NCBI GenBank assembly: GCA_041641305.1
Contig: JBEPYN010000001.1
Location: forward strand, 192,001-256,000
Length of the DNA: 64,000 nucleotides
DNA from: Nitrososphaerota archaeon
GTDB lineage: Archaea; Thermoproteota; Nitrososphaeria_A; Caldarchaeales; Caldarchaeaceae
Reading direction: 5' to 3'
Shown: positions 56,877 through 64,000 of the stretch, one piece after another
How positions within the stretch are numbered: position 1 is the first letter of the stretch
Layout: the number at the start of each line of letters is the position of its first letter
Notes under the pieces: model-generated
What the model was told of the DNA's origin: nothing
What the model saw: the letters and a program-made list of their open reading frames with translations, nothing else
Databases searched by the model: none
Position numbers and translations under genes: made by a program

Positions 56877-58224
56877 ACGTGTCCTGACCGTCGCAGGCTC
56901 CGACTCGGGCGGCGGCGCAGGAATACAGGCTGACCTCAAAACATTTGCCGCGCTCGGTGTTCACGGGATGTCCGCCATCACTTGCATCACGGCCCAGAAC
57001 ACGGAAGCTGTAACAGCCATTCACCAAGTTCCCGCCGAGATAGTCCGGGAGCAGATACGAGTCGTCGCTTACGATATCGGTGTCGACGCCGTCAAAACGG
57101 GTATGTTGTTCAGCGAGGAGATTATCGAGTCTGTTGCAGATGAATTATCGGGGATGAAGGTTCCGTTGGTTGTTGACCCTGTGGCGGTTGCTAAGAGTGG
57201 TGCGCCTTTGCTGAAGCCCAACGCCGTGGAGGCGCTTGTGAAAAGGCTCCTACCTCTCGCTACAGTGGTAACACCCAACATCAACGAGGCCAAGCTCCTA
57301 ACAAATATGGATATAGACTCCATCGAGGAAATGGAGGAGGCAGCACATAGGATAGCCGATATGGGGCCCGAGGCGGTGGTGGTCAAAGGCGGCCACTTGC
57401 CAAGTGAAACGACCACAGACATACTTCTTTACGCAGGCAACGTTTACAGGTTCGTTGCCGATAAAATCCATACACGGAATACGCATGGAACAGGATGTGT
57501 CTTCGCATCAGCCATCGCCGCCTACCTTGCCAAGGGCTGGAAAATCCCCCAAGCAGTTCAGAACGCACAGAAATTCGTCAACGAAGCCATAAAAAGAGGA
57601 CTCAGCATCGGACACGGCTACGGCCCCGTCAACCCAACAGGGGCGGTCTACGAAAACTCTGAGAAGATGGTTGCACTTCGCCAACTTAGAGAGGCTGTGG
57701 AAATGATCGAGTCTGAAGAGTCTTTCAAGCGTCTTATCCCCGAGAGCGGTTCAAACATCGCGGTGGCAACGGAATATGCTTCTTCGGTTGAAGACGTTGT
57801 CGCCATACCTGGTCGCATAGTGAGGACACCTGACGGTTTCACAGTTGTCTCGGAGCCTTGGTTCGGTGCATCCAAACATGTCGCCAACGCTGTGTTAACA
57901 GCCATGAAATATGACCCATCTATCAGAAGCGCGGCCAACATCCGGTTTGATGACGAAATCCTCGCCACATTAGAGACCCTAGGCTTCAGCGTCTCTTTCT
58001 ATGATAGAGCTTCGGAGCCTGAGGATGTTAAGAAAGAGGAGGGACGGACTATTCCATGGGGTGTTGAAGAGGCTGTGAAAAAAGCAGGCGGTGTTGTCGA
58101 CGTGGTTTACCATCGGGGAGATGTAGGCAAGGAGCCTATGGCCGTTGTTTTCGGGGTCGATGCCTTCGATGTAGCGAGGAAGCTGATAAGGATCAGCAGG
58201 AGGCTTTCGGGTGTGGAGACATGA
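56869..58224 (+). CDS. thiDN: Bifunctional HMP(P) kinase / thiamine-phosphate synthase ThiDN
   Basis: [22 protein letters not shown]; ThiN domain [23 protein letters not shown]. Confidence 0.94.
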   Translation: MVKRVLTVAGSDSGGGAGIQADLKTFAALGVHGMSAITCITAQNTEAVTAIHQVPAEIVREQIRVVAYDIGVDAVKTGMLFSEEIIESVADELSGMKVPLVVDPVAVAKSGAPLLKPNAVEALVKRLLPLATVVTPNINEAKLLTNMDIDSIEEMEEAAHRIADMGPEAVVVKGGHLPSETTTDILLYAGNVYRFVADKIHTRNTHGTGCVFASAIAAYLAKGWKIPQAVQNAQKFVNEAIKRGLSIGHGYGPVNPTGAVYENSEKMVALRQLREAVEMIESEESFKRLIPESGSNIAVATEYASSVEDVVAIPGRIVRTPDGFTVVSEPWFGASKHVANAVLTAMKYDPSIRSAANIRFDDEILATLETLGFSVSFYDRASEPEDVKKEEGRTIPWGVEEAVKKAGGVVDVVYHRGDVGKEPMAVVFGVDAFDVARKLIRISRRLSGVET

Positions 58225-59108
58225 GAGCTGAGTTCGGCGTCTGCGTCCCCAACTTTGGCAAAAACCTTTCACCCAAGGCAGTAAGCATCGTCGCATCCGA
58301 GGCCGAGGAACTTGGATACGAGTCTGTATGGGTGACCGATCATTTACTACTTCCCCCAACCCAGAGGTATCCGTATGGCAGCATCCTAGAGGCGCTCACA
58401 ACCATGGCCCATGTAGCCTCGGTAACAGAGGAGGTGAGGGTGGGCTCCTCTGTGTTGGTTCTTCCTATGAGAGAGCCTGTAAGTGTTGCAAAAGCTTTGG
58501 CCGCCATCGATGTATTGAGCGGAGGCCGTGTCATAGCGGGGTTTGGTGCAGGATGGTGTGAAGAAGAGTTCCAAAACATCGGCATGAATTTCAGAGACAG
58601 GGGACGAAGGTTTGACGAAGCTCTGCAGCTCATTAAACAGCTGTGGCAAGGAGGAGAGGTATCCTTCAGCGGCCGCTACTACAGGGTTGCTGCCGGCATC
58701 TTCGAGCCCACTCCAGCTCAGAAAGGCGGGCCACCTATCTGGATTGGGGGAAACAGTGAACACGCCTTCAAAAGGGCTCTGAAGCATGGGCAGGCATGGC
58801 ACTTCACAGGCATAACACTTGACAAGCTCAGCGAGCGGGTTTCCAACCTCAAGCAGCTCGACGGCTTCACAATATCGGGACGCTTCACAGTTGACCTAAC
58901 GGGAAAGACACCGCAAGTCGTAAAAGTAAGAGCGGGCGAAAATAGGGTAATTCTCTCAGGCTCACTGAACCAAATAACCGATACGATAGACCAATACCTC
59001 CGGAAAAAGGTTACACATTTTGTTCTCTACTTCGGCGACAAACCCGTCGAAGAATATGTCAAAGACATAGAGACGTTTTCCAAAGAAGTGATGCCGGGGT
59101 ACCTATAA
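58221..59108 (+). CDS. LLM-class flavin/F420-dependent oxidoreductase
   Basis: SVWVTDH, LPMREP..VAK..A.IDVLSGGR, GAGW..EEF, PPIWIGG. Confidence 0.88.
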   Translation: MRAEFGVCVPNFGKNLSPKAVSIVASEAEELGYESVWVTDHLLLPPTQRYPYGSILEALTTMAHVASVTEEVRVGSSVLVLPMREPVSVAKALAAIDVLSGGRVIAGFGAGWCEEEFQNIGMNFRDRGRRFDEALQLIKQLWQGGEVSFSGRYYRVAAGIFEPTPAQKGGPPIWIGGNSEHAFKRALKHGQAWHFTGITLDKLSERVSNLKQLDGFTISGRFTVDLTGKTPQVVKVRAGENRVILSGSLNQITDTIDQYLRKKVTHFVLYFGDKPVEEYVKDIETFSKEVMPGYL

Positions 59109-59135
59109 ATAAACGCATAAAAATTATTTTACCAA

Positions 59136-59603
59136 ATGAGTCTAAGGCGGGTTTTCTATTCCGCCCTTGGCACATCACTACTAGCCATTCTAACGATGTC
59201 GTTAGGCAGCTATGTCAGCAAGGTGGGGGCAGGTATGGCATGTCCTGACTGGCCCCTCTGCCCACTCGAAAACGATCCATTCATTCTACTCGAATTTGGA
59301 CACAGGATCGTCGCATTCACCACTTTCCTCTCCGGAGTATACACTTTATACCTAGGCTGGAGAACCAAGCTCCGTCCGTTGGCCGTCTATGCTTTCGCCG
59401 CGCTTTTGCTACAGGTTTTCGTAGTCGGTGCAGTAGTAATCTATACGGCTATACCGCCTATAGTCATAGCTGTGCATCAAGCTGTTGCGGCATCTGTTCT
59501 CGCACTACACGCCTCCTTAGCCACGGCGGCCCTGTTATACAGCACTCCGGAAAAACACAAAAATACAGCCGAAAAAGGGGTTGCATATGTCTCAGGTAAC
59601 TAA
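59136..59603 (+). CDS. ctaA: Short (single-domain) heme A synthase
   Basis: GAGMACPDWPLC, EFGHR, second His (AVHQ); 4 TM; upstream of cox genes. Confidence 0.88.
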   Translation: MSLRRVFYSALGTSLLAILTMSLGSYVSKVGAGMACPDWPLCPLENDPFILLEFGHRIVAFTTFLSGVYTLYLGWRTKLRPLAVYAFAALLLQVFVVGAVVIYTAIPPIVIAVHQAVAASVLALHASLATAALLYSTPEKHKNTAEKGVAYVSGN

Positions 59604-59820
59604 AAACGACTACCTCATTCTCACCCTGATCATCTTCGCCATGTTCACTGCACTTCTTGTTTTAGGAAACTTTGGACAACTCTTAAGGCCGGTATCCCCC
59701 CAAACCATAGAGATCAACCGGCTTTACCAGTTCGTTTACATATCGGCCTCCGCCGTGGGCTCCATATTCATCGGCGCACTCTTCTTCATGATGTATAAAT
59801 TCAGAGAAAAAGGTGAGTAA
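59587..59820 (+). CDS. Small membrane protein resembling the N-terminal TM part of oxidase subunit II
   Basis: PVSPQTIEINRLY...hydrophobic helix...YKFREK resembles CoxB TM1; overlaps the coxB start. Confidence 0.7.
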   Translation: MSQVTKNDYLILTLIIFAMFTALLVLGNFGQLLRPVSPQTIEINRLYQFVYISASAVGSIFIGALFFMMYKFREKGE

Positions 59821-60241
59821 TGGCATGGAAAGGGTTAAGATAGTGGAGAACGCCACAATCGTCGGCGCAATAATACTGTTCGCCATAATCGGGTTCTGGT
59901 CTTGGACAGTTTTAAACGACCTTGAAGCGAATAAACCCGCGGACTTGACGGTCAAGGTTGTGGCACGCCAGTTTGCATGGCAGTTTGAATATCCCGACGG
60001 CACCGTCAGCGCCGAGCTAAGGGTGAAGGCCGGACAAACCGTGAAGCTTGAGCTTCACTCCGAAGACGTCATCCACAGCTTCTACCTCAGAGACTTCGGT
60101 GTCAAGAAAGACGTCGTCCCCGGCCGAACAAACGTCCTCTATGTAACTCCGTTGGAGCCAGGAACATATTTAATACAATGTGCAGAGTTCTGTGGACAGG
60201 GCCATTACAGTATGAGAGCTAACATGGTGGTTGAGCCATGA
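59813..60241 (+). CDS. coxB: Heme-copper oxidase subunit II (one TM + CuA domain)
   Basis: QFAWQFEY, DVIHSF, CAEFCGQGHYSM. Confidence 0.92.
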   Translation: MSNGMERVKIVENATIVGAIILFAIIGFWSWTVLNDLEANKPADLTVKVVARQFAWQFEYPDGTVSAELRVKAGQTVKLELHSEDVIHSFYLRDFGVKKDVVPGRTNVLYVTPLEPGTYLIQCAEFCGQGHYSMRANMVVEP

Positions 60242-61812
60242 CCGTGGTTACCGTGGAGAAAGCCCAGCCCAAGCCATGGTATAAGAGCCTTTACCAGATA
60301 CTTTCGACGACCAACCACGCCCACATAGGGATGCTCTACATCGCCGCATCCTATATCTTCCTCGTGATAGGCGGGCTGCTGGCCCTGCTGATACGATTTG
60401 AGCTCGCCACTCCTCAGGGCAACCTGGTGGACTCCAACACCTACTCATCACTCTTCACAATACATGGAACCCTGATGATCTTTTTCTGGGCCATGCCAGT
60501 ATTCGCCGGCCTTGGCAACTACCTCATCCCCAAGATGATAGGGGCCCCTGACATGTATTATCCCAAGCTCAACGCCCTCAGCTTCTGGCTGTTTCTGGCA
60601 GCCGGTGTCCTGCTTATCTCGAGCTGGACAAACATAGGCTGGACAGGCTACGCAACACTCTCTGTGATTGAGCCGAGTCTTGGGGTTGACCTTTGGATAT
60701 TGAGCCTTCATGTGGCGGGGACGTCGTCGATGGTGGGAGCGCTAAACTTCATCGTAACCACTTGGCGGCTTAGACGTGTCGACATGGGATGGTGGAAACT
60801 CCCGCTCTTCGTCTGGTCATGGGTTGTCACAGCATTCATCATAATTTTCGCCGTTCCCCCGCTCGCATTCGGCTTAACCATGCTATTGCTCGACAGAAAC
60901 CTCGGCACAGGTTTCTATCTCCCCGCGCAAGGCGGCGACCCAATACTCTGGCAGCATCTCTTCTGGTTCTTCGGACACCCCGAGGTCTACATACTGGTCA
61001 TCCCCGCCATGGGCATAATATCTGAAATACTGCCTCGACTCGTCAAGAAACCCATAGTAGGATACAGAATGATAGCGTTGTCATCGGTTCTAATCGCTGT
61101 ACTCAGCTTCGGCGTATGGGCTCATCACATGTTAACCACTGGGTTATCTCCTTTGACGCTTGCGCCATTCATGATAATGACGATGCTTGTCGCGATTCCA
61201 TCGGGCGTTAAAGTGGTTAACTGGGAGGCAACCATATGGGGTGGAAAAATACGATATAACACACCCACGATATTCACTCTCTCGTTCATCGCCACCTTCA
61301 TCGTGGGCGGGATCACAGGGGTATTCCAGCCAGCAGTTCCAGTGGACTGGCATCTTCACGACACCTACTGGGTCGTTGGACACATGCACTTCATCCTATT
61401 CGGAGCCATCTCACAAGCAGCTTTCGCCGCGACCTACTACTACTTCCCATACCTAACCAAGAGAATGTACAGCGAATCTCTGGGAAAAATACACGCAATA
61501 ACGGCTAACATCGGACAATACCTTGTCTTCATGTCTATGATGATCCTCGGACTTATGGGCATGCCCCGCCGCTATTACAGCTATGTGCCCGAGTACCAGC
61601 CCTGGCATGTAGTAGCCTCAATTGGAGCTTTTCTCATAGGCGTAGGCACAGCCATCTTCTTGGTCAACATGCTGATGAGCTGGAAGTTCGGGCCCAAAGC
61701 CGACCCTGACCCGTGGCAGGCAACCAAGAACAACATGCCAGACTTCCCCGGAGAATATCTTAACGAATTGGATAAGACTCGGCAACAGGTGGTTAAAGCT
61801 GAAGCACATTGA
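60238..61812 (+). CDS. coxA: Heme-copper oxidase subunit I, type A1
   Basis: TIHGTLMIF, WFFGHPEVY, WAHHM, HDTYWVVGHMH, GMPRRY. Confidence 0.96.
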   Translation: MTVVTVEKAQPKPWYKSLYQILSTTNHAHIGMLYIAASYIFLVIGGLLALLIRFELATPQGNLVDSNTYSSLFTIHGTLMIFFWAMPVFAGLGNYLIPKMIGAPDMYYPKLNALSFWLFLAAGVLLISSWTNIGWTGYATLSVIEPSLGVDLWILSLHVAGTSSMVGALNFIVTTWRLRRVDMGWWKLPLFVWSWVVTAFIIIFAVPPLAFGLTMLLLDRNLGTGFYLPAQGGDPILWQHLFWFFGHPEVYILVIPAMGIISEILPRLVKKPIVGYRMIALSSVLIAVLSFGVWAHHMLTTGLSPLTLAPFMIMTMLVAIPSGVKVVNWEATIWGGKIRYNTPTIFTLSFIATFIVGGITGVFQPAVPVDWHLHDTYWVVGHMHFILFGAISQAAFAATYYYFPYLTKRMYSESLGKIHAITANIGQYLVFMSMMILGLMGMPRRYYSYVPEYQPWHVVASIGAFLIGVGTAIFLVNMLMSWKFGPKADPDPWQATKNNMPDFPGEYLNELDKTRQQVVKAEAH

Positions 61813-61834
61813 CGCCGCCGGCATCGACGAAGCC

Positions 61835-62059
61835 GTGAAGAGATACCAGACAACAGCGGTCGTCGCAGCTATCCTCGTCCACTTCTTCATCTTCATAACA
61901 GCCATAGTAGTCATAGTCATCCTCAAACAGCCCCTGCCCGTGTTTATCGCCACGCATGTAACGCTACAAATATTAACGATCCTAAACGCCCTTTTCGGAC
62001 ACAGGCTATACCGCAAATATCTCCTAGCCAAAAAAACAAACCGTGTGATGGTAAACTAA
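61835..62059 (+). CDS. Small two-TM protein in the cox run
   Basis: 74 aa, two hydrophobic helices, directly after coxA. Confidence 0.6.
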   Translation: MKRYQTTAVVAAILVHFFIFITAIVVIVILKQPLPVFIATHVTLQILTILNALFGHRLYRKYLLAKKTNRVMVN

Positions 62060-62101
62060 TTACCTATTTATCTTAGTACGCTTCTTCATGGGTGAGCCTC
62101 C

Positions 62102-63010
62102 TTGGTTTTCGAGACAATAGCGCGAATAGTCAAGCCGATGGCAGTAGCCCTGAAACATGTTTTCATGCCCACTGTCACAATAAAGTATCCCTATGAAAAA
62201 ATCGTTAACACAACAGGTGAGAACTATCGCTACGACCCTAAGGCAAGCATAGCCTACCCAGGCTTCAAAGGCAGACACATTTTATATCTCGACAAATGCA
62301 CTGGCTGCAGCCTATGCGACATAGCCTGCCAAAACATCGCAGAAGCCATCATGATGGTTTACGGCTTCAACGTATCCCTCAAGCTTGACAAAAAGCTTGT
62401 AGATGACTATAGAAAAGGTGAGAAAGCGGCTGTAGACTTTGTCGAAAACCTTGTCACACGGCTGGGTGTAAACGGGCAAGGTGTTAGTAGAAACTCGCAT
62501 CCGGTTGTTGACGTGGTGTGGAATGATTTGAAGGCGTTGCAGCAGGCGGGAGATGGTTATGAGTGGAGGCTCAACGCTGAACCCATCTACACATACAGGT
62601 CCGAGGCGGTTCTTGAAGCATACTTCGACAGTTTCCTGAAATGGGCACGTGAAAGCGGATGGAGCGACCAAGTCATCGAGGTACAGGGCGCAGACAAAGA
62701 AGACGAATACCACAAACTATCAAACGGCTCCTATGAAGCGGTTTTAGCCGTAACAAAAATCGATGAAAAACTCGCTCACAACAAGAAATCATACTTCCCC
62801 GCTGTCGACTACGGCCGCTGCGTCTTCTGCGGCTTCTGCGTAGACGCATGCCCCTTCTACGCCCTCGAGATGACGACTGAGATCGAGCTCTCAGACACGG
62901 ATAGACGCTCGCTTTTCTACACACCCAAGAAACTCGCCAAACCCGGCGTCAGAGGGCCGCCGGCTGAGCTCGGCTGGATTGACAAACTTGTTACAGCTTT
63001 GAGAGGATAG
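62102..63010 (+). CDS. nuoI: Complex I subunit I with large internal insertion
   Basis: VTIKYPYEK, FKGRH, CTGCSLCDIAC and DYGRCVFCGFCVDACP. Confidence 0.85.
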   Translation: MVFETIARIVKPMAVALKHVFMPTVTIKYPYEKIVNTTGENYRYDPKASIAYPGFKGRHILYLDKCTGCSLCDIACQNIAEAIMMVYGFNVSLKLDKKLVDDYRKGEKAAVDFVENLVTRLGVNGQGVSRNSHPVVDVVWNDLKALQQAGDGYEWRLNAEPIYTYRSEAVLEAYFDSFLKWARESGWSDQVIEVQGADKEDEYHKLSNGSYEAVLAVTKIDEKLAHNKKSYFPAVDYGRCVFCGFCVDACPFYALEMTTEIELSDTDRRSLFYTPKKLAKPGVRGPPAELGWIDKLVTALRG

Positions 63011-63012
63011 CC

Positions 63013-63369
63013 ATGGCCACGGAATTAACCCCCAAGGAGAGACCCGAAGCCCATGAGCTATTGAAGAAACTACGCCTCCTCGCAAAAACGCTTAGAACAT
63101 TCCTTGACACAGAGGACTTCACATATTTCGTCGAATCTGTCAAACTACATCAGGAAATCAAGGGCAACCCCCATTACCAACACTTGTCTGGACATTTGGA
63201 CCTCGACAACAACATGGAGCAACTCCAGAAAATATACGAAGCCGGAGGAGCCAACATGGATGACATGACCTTTGGACGCATGCTCGACCAAGTCGTCTAC
63301 ACAATCGTGAGAGCAAACATCGTCTCCACGGGGCTCGAGTTTAAGCTGAAAAGGATGAGAAAAGGCTAA
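63013..63369 (+). CDS. Hypothetical helical protein
   Basis: 118-aa ORF 2 nt after nuoI, preceded by GAGG. Confidence 0.7.
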   Translation: MATELTPKERPEAHELLKKLRLLAKTLRTFLDTEDFTYFVESVKLHQEIKGNPHYQHLSGHLDLDNNMEQLQKIYEAGGANMDDMTFGRMLDQVVYTIVRANIVSTGLEFKLKRMRKG

Positions 63370-64000
63370 GCTAGTATAGTTGGTAGGTAGATTGTTAGAC
63401 TCACGAGAAACAGGTTGATGAAGCCGAGAGGTATAAGGTATCGCCAGCCGAGGTCGAGGATTTTCCTGATTGTTATGCGGGTGTAGACGCCTCGGAACAT
63501 GAATACAATTGTCAGAAGTATAAGGAACTTTACGAAGACCCAGAAGGGCTGGAGAATTGTTTCGGGTACGCCGGGTATGGCTGGACCATGCCAGCCTCCG
63601 AGGTATAGGTCAACTGTGAGGAACAAGAGCGCGTCAAGCTTGGTGTACATGGCCAGCTGAATGCCGAGAAATCCTACTCCTCCGTACTCTACCATCCATC
63701 CCTCGACAAGCTCCTGCTCAGCCGTGGGAAGGTCGAAAGGTATCCTCTCCGCTTCGCTGACAGCTGCTATGAAGAAAACTAGAAAGCCTATGAACTGAGT
63801 AACAATAAACGGTAACGCATACTGTGCGTTGACAATATCGACTATGTCGAATGATCTTGCCGCGAGAATTACACCGGCCAACGCTATGAAGAGTGGTACC
63901 TCGTAGGCGAATATCTGGAAAGCGAACCTCAGCATGCCCACGAAGCTGTATTTGCTGCCCGCGGCCCACCCAGCGATAATCAATGGAATAGGTGTGAGAG
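63366..64000 (-). CDS. nuoH: Complex I subunit H (5' end beyond the window)
   Basis: GWAAGSKYS..G.LR...Q..AYEVP, ERIPFDLPTAEQELVEG..VEY; frame open to the window end. Confidence 0.94.
   Translation of the reverse strand, partial: LTPIPLIIAGWAAGSKYSFVGMLRFAFQIFAYEVPLFIALAGVILAARSFDIVDIVNAQYALPFIVTQFIGFLVFFIAAVSEAERIPFDLPTAEQELVEGWMVEYGGVGFLGIQLAMYTKLDALLFLTVDLYLGGWHGPAIPGVPETILQPFWVFVKFLILLTIVFMFRGVYTRITIRKILDLGWRYLIPLGFINLFLVSLTIYLPTILA

Noticed and set aside
62360-62755. Intein in NuoI (and in PolB1)
   Set aside because: No C/S...HN-C/S/T splice junctions; PolB1 has normal length.
1-64000. CRISPR array, cas genes, IS elements, rRNA
   Set aside because: No regularly spaced repeats, cas or transposase motifs, or rRNA signatures noticed by eye.

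Overview
Gene-dense (~50% GC) chromosomal segment of a thermophilic TACK archaeon. The gene set suggests 'Aigarchaeota'/Caldarchaeales; this is inference from PolB1, a Zn-type ferredoxin, thaumarchaeal-style NuoD/NuoI, a Dph5-DUF357 fusion, a tungsten AOR-family enzyme and an A1-type oxidase. Most of the window is housekeeping: translation (asnS, rpl44e-rps27e-eIF2a, pth2, dph5), DNA replication/repair (ligase, NurA/HerA-like pair, ogg, polB1, dinB), proteostasis, cofactor synthesis and respiration (nuoBCD, nuoI, nuoH, ctaA-coxBA). RNA genes are tRNA-Ser(CGA, with intron), tRNA-Glu(TTC), tRNA-Ile(GAT) and RNase P RNA. No CRISPR array, transposase or integrase was seen. Best leads: (1) three related winged-helix genes next to a stand-alone NurA-HerA-Ogg operon, joined by a palindrome-rich divergent promoter (29.4-34.4 kb); (2) a 42-aa histone-H1-tail-like gene absent from the ORF track (3681-3809); (3) a CBS + RING-like fusion; (4) an unusual respiratory chain with a split CoxB, a NuoI carrying a ~130-aa insert, scattered nuo genes and an FpoF/FqoF-like protein. 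All family calls come from motif recognition by eye, not database searches.
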